A stretch of 64,000 bases of DNA from assembly GCA_035549315.1 (NCBI GenBank), contig DASZRC010000003.1, forward strand, positions 10,374 through 74,373, read 5' to 3'. A program made the position numbers and the translations under genes. The notes beneath the pieces were generated by a model, which saw only the letters and a program-made list of their open reading frames with translations, made no database searches and was not told where the DNA came from. This document shows positions 27,497-37,447 of the stretch, one piece after another (position 1 is the first letter of the stretch; every line of letters starts with the position of its first letter). This DNA comes from Patescibacteria group bacterium. GTDB lineage: Bacteria; Patescibacteriota; Microgenomatia; Levybacterales; GWA1-39-11.

Positions 27497-28390
27497 CTAG
27501 AGGCTTGAGGCTAAAAGCTTTGCTATTGAAATTATTTCCAGTTTTTTAAATTTCTTATTTGGAGGAACCGGAATACTATCTGTTACAAAAACTCCTTTTG
27601 CTTTTGATGTTTCCAAAAGCGCCGGAGCATTATCCGAAAATACTGCATGTGTTGCCATAACGTACATATTTTTAGCCCCCTGATCCTGAAGAGCCTTAAG
27701 TCCCTTTATGATAGTTCCGCCGCTTGAAATCATGTCATCAACTATAAAGCATGTTTCTTTTATCTCTCCTTGTACTTTTGCAGCTTCAACGCTTCCGGTC
27801 TCAAGATCTCTATTTTTTTCAATTGTTGCGTAGGGAGCCCCATTTAATAGCTTGGATAGTATTTCTATTCTTCTTATTCCTCCCATATCGGGAGTTACAA
27901 GCGTATAAGAGCCTTCCCGCAAATTCATTGCTTTAATTTTGTCAGCAAATACGGATAGCGCGGATAAATTAACTACGGGAACATGGAATAGTTCAGGAAT
28001 TCTAATTGAATGGGGATCTACCAAAACGGCTTTTGCAAGACCTGCATTTTCTAGCATAGAAATAACAACTTCCAGGGGAACCCCCTCACCGGTTCTAAAC
28101 ATATGGTCTGCCCTCATGTATCCTAGATAAGGGATAATTCCTGTTACAAGCCCTGCTCCATTTCTTTTTAGAACATCAATAAGAAAACAGGTCTCCATAA
28201 CTGAGGAGTCAACAGGGTTAATGTGGGATTTAAGAACTATAACCTCTTGATCAACAACTTCTTTGAGGATTCTAACACGCATCTCTCCATCGGGAAAAAT
28301 ATGCTTATCCGGATAGATAAGTTCTACGTTTAATTCTTTTGAAAGTTTTTCAGATAACTCAGGATTATTTAGGTCCCCAACTAATATCAT
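27497..28390 (-). CDS. prs: Ribose-phosphate pyrophosphokinase
   Basis: PRPP synthetase layout with the PRPP-binding loop (VDDMISSGGT). Confidence 0.85.
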   Translation of the reverse strand: MILVGDLNNPELSEKLSKELNVELIYPDKHIFPDGEMRVRILKEVVDQEVIVLKSHINPVDSSVMETCFLIDVLKRNGAGLVTGIIPYLGYMRADHMFRTGEGVPLEVVISMLENAGLAKAVLVDPHSIRIPELFHVPVVNLSALSVFADKIKAMNLREGSYTLVTPDMGGIRRIEILSKLLNGAPYATIEKNRDLETGSVEAAKVQGEIKETCFIVDDMISSGGTIIKGLKALQDQGAKNMYVMATHAVFSDNAPALLETSKAKGVFVTDSIPVPPNKKFKKLEIISIAKLLASSL

Positions 28391-28665
28391 TTTCCTCCAA
28401 ACATTCCGCCTAAGCCGCCCATTTCTTGCATTTTCTGAGCTGCTCTTTTTTGAGCTTTTTCAATTGCATCATTTAAACAATCTCTAAGATCTGAATACTC
28501 TTCTCCGTTTATCTTGACTGAATGAATTTTCATATCAGCAGACAATTCGACTTTTGCTCTTCCTTTTTCTTCTGTAATTAGAATTTGTTTTAATGCATTT
28601 TGAAGCTGCATTGCTTGTTTTCTAAGTTCGTTTACTTCACCAAGTCCTTTTAATGGATTAAACAT
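28387..28665 (-). CDS. ybaB: Nucleoid-associated protein YbaB/EbfC
   Basis: Size and sequence (MFNPLKGLG...LQNAL...) match the family; it sits directly downstream of dnaX. Confidence 0.8.
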   Translation of the reverse strand: MFNPLKGLGEVNELRKQAMQLQNALKQILITEEKGRAKVELSADMKIHSVKINGEEYSDLRDCLNDAIEKAQKRAAQKMQEMGGLGGMFGGK

Positions 28666-28701
28666 AAAATCACCCCTTTCTTATAAATATTATACATTAT
28701 T

Positions 28702-30159
28702 TCAAACTATGTCTACAGTGACCTGAATCTCTTCTTTAAGAATTTCCGATGCTCTTTTATTTAATAATGCTGCCATTTTTGGTTCATTTAGCTTGTCTTT
28801 ATGAAATTTATATTTTGTTACAAACCTAACTTTGCCTTCTTCAATTCCAACTAATTGGCAGCCTCTTAATATTCCGATCACAGAATGGTTGTCTTGCTTA
28901 AGGACAGAAATAAATGCTGCCATAAAATTATCTGTTTTTATATTTGAATGGAACATATCTTTGTGTTTATCATTGCTTCCAGAAACAGATCCAATTGGAG
29001 ATTTAGCCTCTTCATGTTTTGGTACGTCAATTTTTACTTCTGCTTTAATCTCTACCCGTTCTTCCGGCACTAAATTTTTATTTTCCGGTTTATGTTCGGC
29101 TTGTCCTTCCTGAATTATTACCTGCTTACTGTTGTTGGTAGAATCTATACTCCATTCAATGGCTACCAACTCCAATGGAATCTGGGGCAAAACTGATAAT
29201 TTAATGTCTTTATAGCTTTGGTTTACCAAATTAAGTAAAGTTTTGAGATCCAAGACAGAAAGATTAAATTTATTTTCTCCTCCAATAATTAGACTATGAA
29301 TTGCCTGGGCAAGTTTTTCTGTAACCACCTTGAAATCTGATCCTTGCGAGGCCATTTCATCTATGATTCGTAGGCTTGCTTTTGCGTCTTTTTTTGCAAG
29401 AGACTCGATTAGATTTTGAACATTATTGTCTGTGCTTTGGGTTTTGTATGATTTTTCTAATATATCTTTTGTTATTTTGCCTCCATTAGCGGCTAAATTT
29501 AGCTCCTCTAAGTTTTTTGCTGCGTCCCTAAAAGCTCCATCTGATAATTCTGCTAAAGCGCTTAAGACTCCATCCTCTACTTCCAGTTTTTCTCCCTTAA
29601 CAATTCTATCCAGGGATCTAACTATCTCTTCTGTTGTTGGCTTTTGAAAAGTAACATGAAATGCTCTAGAAACAATTGTTGGAGGAACCTTTTCAATCTC
29701 TGTAGTACAAAGAATAAAAACAGCATGACTTGGGGGCTCTTCGAGAGTTTTTAGAAGCGCGTTAAACGCATCATTTGTTAGCATGTGAACCTCGTCAATT
29801 ATGTAAACCTTTTTTCGTAAGGCAATTGGAGCATATTTTATTTTGTCACGAAGATCACGAATCTCATCTATTCCTCTATTTGAGGCTGCATCTATCTCTA
29901 TTACATCAAGATTTGATCCATTGGTTATGGTTTTACAGACATCACATTCATTGCAGGGCTCAAACCCCTTTTTGTTTTCGCAGTTGATTGCTTTTGCAAG
30001 AATTCTTGCAGATGAAGTTTTTCCTAAACCTTTTGGACCTGTAAATAAAAATGCGTGAGGAAGCTCTTTTGCTTTGAGAATTGCCTCAAGCCGAGTTCTA
30101 ACATCCGGCAAATCTAATTCTGAAATATTTTGGGGTCTGTACTTACGATAATAAACCAT
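28702..30159 (-). CDS. dnaX: DNA polymerase III subunit gamma/tau
   Basis: YRPQ...FTGPKGLGKTS Walker A, zinc module CNECDVC, SRA/sensor motifs. Confidence 0.9.
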   Translation of the reverse strand: MVYYRKYRPQNISELDLPDVRTRLEAILKAKELPHAFLFTGPKGLGKTSSARILAKAINCENKKGFEPCNECDVCKTITNGSNLDVIEIDAASNRGIDEIRDLRDKIKYAPIALRKKVYIIDEVHMLTNDAFNALLKTLEEPPSHAVFILCTTEIEKVPPTIVSRAFHVTFQKPTTEEIVRSLDRIVKGEKLEVEDGVLSALAELSDGAFRDAAKNLEELNLAANGGKITKDILEKSYKTQSTDNNVQNLIESLAKKDAKASLRIIDEMASQGSDFKVVTEKLAQAIHSLIIGGENKFNLSVLDLKTLLNLVNQSYKDIKLSVLPQIPLELVAIEWSIDSTNNSKQVIIQEGQAEHKPENKNLVPEERVEIKAEVKIDVPKHEEAKSPIGSVSGSNDKHKDMFHSNIKTDNFMAAFISVLKQDNHSVIGILRGCQLVGIEEGKVRFVTKYKFHKDKLNEPKMAALLNKRASEILKEEIQVTVDIV

Positions 30160-30222
30160 AGTTTGGATCTTAGATATTGGATATTAGATCTTAGATAATT
30201 GAGCTTAGAAAGTCAACTTAAA

Positions 30223-30639
30223 CTACTTGTGGTGAATACCTAATAAATGCGTGACACCATGTTCAACAAGCTCTGAAACCCAGTCATCAATTAGCTTATT
30301 GTATTTTGAAGCTTCTTCTACAACTACAGGATAAGAAATTATAACGTCCCCTAAATATAATTTATCACCGGGCATAGGCATTTTTTCGCCTTCGCCTTGC
30401 GGAAAAGATAAAACGTTTGTTGGCTTATCAATATCTCTATATTTTTTATTAAGAGACCTCATCTTGCGGTTACCCACAATAGCAACAGAAACCTCTGTAG
30501 GCACAATAACTTTATGCTTAGCCAAAGTATCGGCAACCGACTGCTTTATTCTCTTTCTGTTGACTCTGAATCTACTCTCTATATAGATAGGAACGGTTAC
30601 ATTCATTTGTGGACTATTTTCCTGCGTTAATTCTTGCAA
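30223..30639 (-). CDS. ybeY: rRNA maturation endoribonuclease YbeY
   Basis: HGVTHLLGIHH metal-binding histidine motif at the C-terminus. Confidence 0.8.
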   Translation of the reverse strand: MQELTQENSPQMNVTVPIYIESRFRVNRKRIKQSVADTLAKHKVIVPTEVSVAIVGNRKMRSLNKKYRDIDKPTNVLSFPQGEGEKMPMPGDKLYLGDVIISYPVVVEEASKYNKLIDDWVSELVEHGVTHLLGIHHK

Positions 30640-30802
30640 ACTTTCTGCTTAATTGCTTGCGGAATTTACGTGCCAAAGATGGCTTGAGATGGAACTCGCG
30701 CCTCTTCATTTCCATAGGAATACCTTCATCCATTACTTTTCTTGTAAACTTTCTTATCATTGCGTCTGGTGAATCACCAGCGGTTTTTTTAACATAAACC
30801 AT
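30614..30802 (-). CDS. rpsU: 30S ribosomal protein S21 (start trimmed to MVYVKK)
   Basis: RREFHLKPSLARKFRKQ...RKFAR basic tail typical of S21. Overlaps the ybeY start. Confidence 0.7.
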   Translation of the reverse strand: MVYVKKTAGDSPDAMIRKFTRKVMDEGIPMEMKRREFHLKPSLARKFRKQLSRKFARINAGK

Positions 30803-30953
30803 AAATAAAAACACCCCCTTAAATTTAATTATCAAACTCAAACTCCAAACAAAAAATAAATTAACTATTTAATTTTCAAATGTTGATCTTAATATTATAC
30901 TCCAAGATACTTTTAAATTAAAGCGCTCGTGAAGCGGAACCTTAAAAAACTAT

Positions 30954-31304
30954 TTATTCTCCGCGTCCTACCGGCCCCCTGAGGTGAAAATGAAGATGAT
31001 TTACGTCTTGTGCGCCTCCGCCATTAACCGAAATTCTATATCCTTTACCCATAAGCTCTTTTTTATCTATAAGTTTTTTGATTGCATTGGCAATTGCCAT
31101 ATGGGTCTTATCATCCACATGGAAAAAATCTTCTATATGTTTTTTAGGAATTACGAGTAAATGAACCGGAGACAAAGGATGAATATCTGCAAAAGCAACT
31201 ACTTCATCATCTTCATAATCAAATTCTTTTGGGATGTCTCCTCTAACAATTTTACAGAATATACAGTCTTCCACATTGATATTATACACTACCAGTCCAA
31301 GCAT
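30954..31304 (-). CDS. HIT-family (histidine triad) nucleotide hydrolase; start trimmed
   Basis: N-terminal CIFCKI and the triad HLHFHL near the C-terminus. Confidence 0.75.
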   Translation of the reverse strand: MLGLVVYNINVEDCIFCKIVRGDIPKEFDYEDDEVVAFADIHPLSPVHLLVIPKKHIEDFFHVDDKTHMAIANAIKKLIDKKELMGKGYRISVNGGGAQDVNHLHFHLRGPVGRGE

Positions 31305-31335
31305 GCAGAAAACATAATATTGTATAATTTTAGTT

Positions 31336-32550
31336 GTGGATAGTCCTGAAAAGAACGCACCAGATGAAGGTGTCACTCAAATAGCTTCTTATCCGAGCAT
31401 TCGTATTGTTTCACCAGCTACTAGTATAGATGCATCTTGGAGAAACTATGAGAGCTCTAAGTATTTTGACGAGCTTTATAAAAAAGACCGAGGAAATACA
31501 ATTTATGTATTTTATTCAGATGGGCTATCAAACGAGGATCAACTTGATGCTTTAAAAAAAGGTGAATTTGATTTGTCCGATCTGGTCTTTCATCAAATGA
31601 AAACTAATTATTTTGGAGATAAATTGATTCAACGCCCATACGACAACACAAAAATGGCTGAAATAATTGAGCGTCATGCCATTGAGCCAAATTTCGACTA
31701 TCCCCAAAGGTCGACTAGAACCGACCAAAATGAAAATGTGCTTTTTGCTTTTAAAATTTTGCAGGGTAAGGTTGTATGTGAAGGAAATAAGATAACAACA
31801 ATTGATCAACTCAGTGCAATTTGTCGTGATAACAAAATACCAATAAACTACATCACACTAATTGAGGGTTTTGATGGACTCCTCTCTAAAGTAAATATTT
31901 TACGATTCACCCAGGAAGGAGTAATCCACAATAATGAAATTCCCTCGATATATGAGAGGGCTGCAAGTTTTATGACAGAATTGGCACTTCATGCCACTGG
32001 AGAAAATCCGAGTAAAAGAGCCGAAATAGTTTTACCTTACCCCGTCGGCGGAATATTCGAAGATACTCAATTACCGGATTTGTACTTTCTTCCTTTCATA
32101 ACATACTCTTTTCTTGAGTACATGGTTAGGCTACCGGAATATATAAAAGAAGGGGGACAAATAGGATTAGATTCTCTAATCCGGGCAGTTAATCAACTTG
32201 GAGATTTGAATAAAGCAACCATAACACGCGATCTCCAACATCTAGCTGGTACTACCGAAGAATTACCCTTTGATCAGTTGGTGAAAATGGCTAAAGCTAA
32301 CAACCCCGAAGCTATTCAAGGAATAAATGAAGTTAATAATTCTATAAATGAAATAGCACCTTTACTAGGAAGAGTGATAAGTCATTACAAAAATAATCCT
32401 TTCTTAATTAATAAATTTCTTCCGAAACATGAAGGGTCTGGTTCAGTTATTACTTATCCGCAATGGAGACATGAACTATTAGAGACAGGGGCCCGAGCCC
32501 CGCGAAAACCTATGAGTTTTAGATACAAATATGATTTGACAAAGAAATAA
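31336..32550 (+). CDS. Hypothetical protein (404 aa)
   Basis: Long ORF with no recognised motif. Confidence 0.45.
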   Translation: MDSPEKNAPDEGVTQIASYPSIRIVSPATSIDASWRNYESSKYFDELYKKDRGNTIYVFYSDGLSNEDQLDALKKGEFDLSDLVFHQMKTNYFGDKLIQRPYDNTKMAEIIERHAIEPNFDYPQRSTRTDQNENVLFAFKILQGKVVCEGNKITTIDQLSAICRDNKIPINYITLIEGFDGLLSKVNILRFTQEGVIHNNEIPSIYERAASFMTELALHATGENPSKRAEIVLPYPVGGIFEDTQLPDLYFLPFITYSFLEYMVRLPEYIKEGGQIGLDSLIRAVNQLGDLNKATITRDLQHLAGTTEELPFDQLVKMAKANNPEAIQGINEVNNSINEIAPLLGRVISHYKNNPFLINKFLPKHEGSGSVITYPQWRHELLETGARAPRKPMSFRYKYDLTKK

Positions 32551-32563
32551 TTTCCCCAATACT

Positions 32564-32920
32564 CTATACTGCTAAATTTCTTGCAATTACGGAAAGAAGG
32601 GTATCTATTTCAAAAGGTTTTGGCACAAAATCATCAGCCCCTGCTTCATAGACACTTGTTGTTGCGTTGGGATGAGCAGATAGCATAATTATTGGAATAT
32701 TGCTGGTCTTATCATTTTTTTTGAGCTTTCTGGCAATTACCCTACCGTCTTCACCAGACAAAAGAACGTCTAATAAAATAAGGTCCGGTAAATTCTTTTC
32801 TATGCTCCGCAAAAAATCTCCATTTGCAGAGGTTTGGACCTCATAATCATTGTCCTCTAGAATTAATTTCACAACTTCAAGAATTGCTGAATCATCATCT
32901 ACCACAAGTATTTTTTTCAT
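32564..32920 (-). CDS. Single-domain response regulator (CheY-like receiver)
   Basis: ILVVDDD...DLILLDV...MLSAHP receiver-domain signature. Confidence 0.8.
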   Translation of the reverse strand: MKKILVVDDDSAILEVVKLILEDNDYEVQTSANGDFLRSIEKNLPDLILLDVLLSGEDGRVIARKLKKNDKTSNIPIIMLSAHPNATTSVYEAGADDFVPKPFEIDTLLSVIARNLAV

Positions 32921-32922
32921 TA

Positions 32923-34962
32923 TTAATTTGCCGGCAACTTGAAATGAAAAGTTGAGCCTTCCCCTTTTTTACTATCTACCCAAAGTTTACCATGATGCCT
33001 CATAACTATCTCCCGCGATAAATACAAACCAATTCCTAACCCTGGAAATGTTTTTCCTTTTATATCTTTAACCCTATAAAATCTTTCAAATATTTTGTCC
33101 ATTTCATCTTTGCTTATTCCTATTCCATAATCTTTTACATCAACCCTAACACTCCCATCTAAGTCGTTTAGAATTACTTCCACCTTGTCACTGTTTGGTG
33201 AATATTTAGCCGCATTATTAATTAAATTTATGAGAACTTGGGATATTCTCTCCCTATCCCCTATAATCTTTTTTCTAACTCCATTTCTAAGAATTATTCT
33301 ATGCTTTTCTACACTGCGAAGGTCACTAACAACTTCCTTAACTAATTCACCAATATCAAACTCTTCAAGCCTATATTCTATTTTGCCTGATTGAATCTTT
33401 GATATATCAAGAAGATCCTCAATAAGCTCTGTAAGTTTGTCTAATTGTTTATCTATTCTATCCAAGAAGCTATAACTCTTGTCATAACCTTTATGGTCTT
33501 TTTTAAGTAAATGCACAAATCCCTTGATACTTGTTATTGGTGTTTTTAATTCATGGCTTGCAATACCTATAAAATCATCTTTCCTTCTCTCAAGCTCCTG
33601 CCTTTGGGTAATATCATGGGTTACACTTACAGATCCCGTAACATTTCCTAACTCATCCATAATTGGACTACCTTTAACAATTGCCCATTTCTCCTCCCCT
33701 GTCTTTTTATTGACAGATTTAATAACTTTTTCAACTTTTCTCTTAGCATAAATTGCTTTTCTTCCCGGTAGTTCTCTTACAGAAATTGGTTGGCCGTCTT
33801 CCCCAAACACCTTGAAAATATTTTTCCACTTTATTGGTTTTTTAAGCATTCCACCCACTGTTTCATACCCAGAAGCTTTTGAAATTGATGTATTGGCGTA
33901 AACAACTTTGGCGTTTTCGTCAAAAACTGTAATTCCATCATCAACAGTTTCTAGAATAGTTCTTAGCTTTCTTTCTGAGGATCGTAGGTCATTCTCAATC
34001 TTTATCCTGTTGGCAATTTCTGCTTTTGCTTCTTTATAAAGCCTTGCATTATCAATTGCTTGGCCGGCCATTCTACCCAGTTCTTCTATAAAAGCGAGGT
34101 CACTTTTATCATATAAATCTTTTTCATCTGTTGATACAAGTGTGATTACTCCCATAACTTTCTTCCCAGATATCAAAGGGACAATTAATAGTGATTTTAG
34201 TTGAAGTTCTAAAATTAGATCCCTATCCTCTTTGTTCTTTACAGTTTTTTTTACCATCTCATCTGTAATGAGAGGATAAATTTCTGATTTTCCGCTTTTT
34301 ATTACTCTATAAGTAGCATTTTGTGGATCATTTGGTTCTCTTTTAATTTTCTTTTGTAGTTTTTCTGCCCATTTAACTTTTTTTGGGTCAATGTGGGCTA
34401 TGGTTAGCTGAACCGGCACACCATTTTCATCAACTATATGTATAGAACTCCAATCCGCAAGATATGGAACAAGTAATCTTGCCAATTTTTTGAGGGCCAA
34501 ATCATATTTAAGTGTAGAAAACATGATCTTTTGAGCTTTGGCCAAGAATTGTTCTTTTTCTCTTTGTTTTTTCTTCTCTGTATTATCACGATCAAAAACA
34601 GTTATTCCAACTACTCTACCGCTTTGGTTAATAAGCGGGGAAATTTTGGCTAAAATATTGACCTCTTCTCCATTTTTTTTGACTCTTACAGTCTCGTAAT
34701 CCTCTATCCTTATACCTTTTGTTACAAGTCTTTTTATTCTCCCAAGCTCATATTTATTTTTTTTGGGAACAAGAAGTGAAAATGGTTTTCCAACCATTTC
34801 ATCAGAAGTATATTGGAATAATTCTTCCGCGCTTTTATTCCAAGAAATAATTATGTCATTGAGGTCTCTTGCAATAATTGCACTATCTGCGGATTCAACG
34901 AGGTTTTTATAGTGAAGCAACTCTTCAAGATATTTTTCTTTTGATATTGCTTTATTATCCAT
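32923..34962 (-). CDS. Sensor histidine kinase with PAS and GAF domains
   Basis: H-box (HELKTPITSI), HATPase_c N/G boxes (NLINNAAKY, GLGIGL), PAS- and GAF-like N-terminal modules. Confidence 0.8.
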   Translation of the reverse strand: MDNKAISKEKYLEELLHYKNLVESADSAIIARDLNDIIISWNKSAEELFQYTSDEMVGKPFSLLVPKKNKYELGRIKRLVTKGIRIEDYETVRVKKNGEEVNILAKISPLINQSGRVVGITVFDRDNTEKKKQREKEQFLAKAQKIMFSTLKYDLALKKLARLLVPYLADWSSIHIVDENGVPVQLTIAHIDPKKVKWAEKLQKKIKREPNDPQNATYRVIKSGKSEIYPLITDEMVKKTVKNKEDRDLILELQLKSLLIVPLISGKKVMGVITLVSTDEKDLYDKSDLAFIEELGRMAGQAIDNARLYKEAKAEIANRIKIENDLRSSERKLRTILETVDDGITVFDENAKVVYANTSISKASGYETVGGMLKKPIKWKNIFKVFGEDGQPISVRELPGRKAIYAKRKVEKVIKSVNKKTGEEKWAIVKGSPIMDELGNVTGSVSVTHDITQRQELERRKDDFIGIASHELKTPITSIKGFVHLLKKDHKGYDKSYSFLDRIDKQLDKLTELIEDLLDISKIQSGKIEYRLEEFDIGELVKEVVSDLRSVEKHRIILRNGVRKKIIGDRERISQVLINLINNAAKYSPNSDKVEVILNDLDGSVRVDVKDYGIGISKDEMDKIFERFYRVKDIKGKTFPGLGIGLYLSREIVMRHHGKLWVDSKKGEGSTFHFKLPAN

Positions 34963-35048
34963 AAGAACACATTCTGCCTGCAGACTAAAGACTAGTTAAG
35001 TATTTTTAAAAAAGGGGGAGGTTAAGGTAATGTAAGAAGGATGTAAGA

Positions 35049-36149
35049 CTATCTGCCAATTTTGAATTCTACAACGTCACCATCTGCCATTATATAGTCG
35101 CGGCCTTCCATGCGGGCTTTACCATTTGCACGTGCGTTTTTCCAACCGCCAAGCTCCACAAAGAGAGGATATGAAACAACCTCTGCCTTGATAAAGTTTT
35201 TAACAAAATCTGTGTGAATCTCCCCTGCTGCAACCGGCGCACTACTTCCTACATTAATGGTCCAAGCCTTTACTTCTTTTGCGCCAGTAGTAAGGAAGGA
35301 AATTAAGCCAAGTTTTTCATATGCTTTTTGAATAAGACGCTCAAGTCCGGACTTTTCTACACCAAGCGCTTCAAGATATTCAGCTTGTTCTTCACCATTT
35401 AACTCTGCCAATTCTGCCTCAACTTTGGCACAAATTACTACAAATTTGGATTCCGGAAGACCCAAAAGCTCTGAATATTGCTTAACTACTTGGTTAATTT
35501 TCTCCTCAGAATAATCCGACTCTGAAACATTGAGAACTATTATTTCATCTTTGCTGCTAAGTAAATTTAGGTCTTTTATTGCGTCTAATTCTTCATCAAT
35601 TAGGCTTGCATCCCAAACGCTTTTACCCTCATTAAACGCCTTTTTAAGTTTTTCAACGGCTGCTCCTTTTGTTTTCTCAAGCCTTAGGGTTTTTTCATTT
35701 ATATTTTGAAGTGTTTGCATGTCAGAAAGAATTAATTCATAGCGAATTGTTTCATAATCTGACTTGGGGTCTACTGCTCCTTCTTTTATAACGTCTTTGT
35801 CTTCAAAAACTCTTACAACGTGGGCAATAATTTTTACTTCGCGGATATGGGATAAGAATTTATTACCAAGACCCGCCCCTTCACTGGCTCCTTTAACAAG
35901 CCCTGCAATATCAACAAATTCTACAGTGGCAGGCTTAATGGGTGGAAGGTTCGCCATTTGCTCTTCACTTTTTGTTATCTCTGCAAGCTTTTCTAAACGT
36001 TCGTCTGGAACCGGAACTATTCCAACATTTGGCTCAATTGTGGCAAAAGGATAATTTGCAGCCAAAGCCTGCTGCTTTTTAAGCAACGCATTAAATAATG
36101 TAGATTTCCCAACATTCGGCAACCCAACAATCCCAACTGACAAGTTCAT
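35049..36149 (-). CDS. ychF: Ribosome-binding ATPase YchF (Obg family)
   Basis: G1 motif (GIVGLPNVGKSTLFNAL), YPFATIEPN, C-terminal TGS domain. Confidence 0.85.
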   Translation of the reverse strand: MNLSVGIVGLPNVGKSTLFNALLKKQQALAANYPFATIEPNVGIVPVPDERLEKLAEITKSEEQMANLPPIKPATVEFVDIAGLVKGASEGAGLGNKFLSHIREVKIIAHVVRVFEDKDVIKEGAVDPKSDYETIRYELILSDMQTLQNINEKTLRLEKTKGAAVEKLKKAFNEGKSVWDASLIDEELDAIKDLNLLSSKDEIIVLNVSESDYSEEKINQVVKQYSELLGLPESKFVVICAKVEAELAELNGEEQAEYLEALGVEKSGLERLIQKAYEKLGLISFLTTGAKEVKAWTINVGSSAPVAAGEIHTDFVKNFIKAEVVSYPLFVELGGWKNARANGKARMEGRDYIMADGDVVEFKIGR

Positions 36150-36208
36150 AGAAGCTAATTATAACAAAATTATGCTTGTAGTTTTGCAGATCTAATTAAA
36201 TCTATAAT

Positions 36209-36667
36209 CTAGGGTCGAGGATTTTTTTGTTTTATTCGCAAAAATCTTAATTCATTATACGATCCTTCCAAATTATAATAGCTATATTCTAGCACCTCTT
36301 CAAGCGGCATTGTTGTGACCGGCTCTCCAGCGTCTAATCGATGGATAACCGTTTTTCTATCGTTAGGATGAATAATTCCAGAATGAATATATAAACCATG
36401 CTCACCCAAACCAAAATGGCGATAAATCGCAAATGCTTGAGCTTCTTGCGGAGCTTCTTTCACCGGTACAGTTGATGTTTTTACAATCTCAAAATATTTT
36501 CGAAGAGGTCTACTCCTAGCAGAAGCATTTACATAATTCTCATCAATCATATTTCTAAGCCCAAGGAGATAAAATGTTAAACTATGGCAATTTAATTCTG
36601 GATCTACAATCTGACTTGCTGAGCTTAGTCTTTCTTCAAAATCAGGATGGTACATTTCTAATGACAT
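36209..36667 (-). CDS. Hypothetical protein (152 aa)
   Basis: ORF only. Confidence 0.4.
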   Translation of the reverse strand: MSLEMYHPDFEERLSSASQIVDPELNCHSLTFYLLGLRNMIDENYVNASARSRPLRKYFEIVKTSTVPVKEAPQEAQAFAIYRHFGLGEHGLYIHSGIIHPNDRKTVIHRLDAGEPVTTMPLEEVLEYSYYNLEGSYNELRFLRIKQKNPRP

Positions 36668-36698
36668 TTTGCGATTATATCAAACCCTTAGCGAGAGT

Positions 36699-37340
36699 TT
36701 ATTTAAACATTGAGGAGTGGTCGAGGATTATTCCACGAGCTAGTGTGTCTGCAAATTTTCCTGCTTGGTCAAAACCTTTTTTAAGAAGGTTACTCTTGTC
36801 TGTTGCATTTCCGGCTGCTACCGCATCAACTATTGCAAGCGTTCCGTTAACATGGTCGTTCATAAGTGATGTAATCGTTGAAGCTTTTAGGTTTTTGCTC
36901 GCAAGAGTTGTACCAAGATCTTTTGATATTTTTTGGAGGTTGGTCTTTGCACTATTCATTTTTGTTGTGTCATTGTCCTTTTTTGCTAAGGTGTAGTTCT
37001 TGTATTCAGTCATGTGCTGAGTCCAGAGCTTAACAAATTTGTTCTTCTTATCACTTCCATATACACTTTGAACAAGAGCTGCAATTTTCATTTCATTGGC
37101 ATCCATTAATTGCTCTAACCTTGTTGTATCATTGCCCTCATAAAGCGCAGTTAAAGTGACTCCACCCAATACCGTATGTTCGTGAAGTAACGCATTAAGA
37201 TTAACCCTAAGATTTGTTGCTTTAGAATTGAATGCGGCATCTATTCCCGGATTTGTTGCGGCTTGAGTACTGGGTGTAATAGCCAATACCCCTATTACAA
37301 GTGCAGCAAAAGAAACTAAAACTAAAATTCTATTTTTCAT
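36699..37340 (-). CDS. Secreted hypothetical protein with signal peptide
   Basis: MKNRILVLVSFAALVIGVLAITPSTQA signal peptide. Confidence 0.5.
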   Translation of the reverse strand: MKNRILVLVSFAALVIGVLAITPSTQAATNPGIDAAFNSKATNLRVNLNALLHEHTVLGGVTLTALYEGNDTTRLEQLMDANEMKIAALVQSVYGSDKKNKFVKLWTQHMTEYKNYTLAKKDNDTTKMNSAKTNLQKISKDLGTTLASKNLKASTITSLMNDHVNGTLAIVDAVAAGNATDKSNLLKKGFDQAGKFADTLARGIILDHSSMFK

Positions 37341-37447
37341 AAATATTAATATAGCCTTGCCGTGTAAAAGGACAACTGCAAAAACTGTAAGATAAACATA
37401 AGAAACATTAAGAATTAGTCGAGGATTATTTTAGATTTGCTAGACTA

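Noticed and set aside
30160-30222. Short direct repeats (gatcttagata x2) between dnaX and ybeY.
   Set aside because: Too short and AT-rich to distinguish from chance. No associated feature was found.
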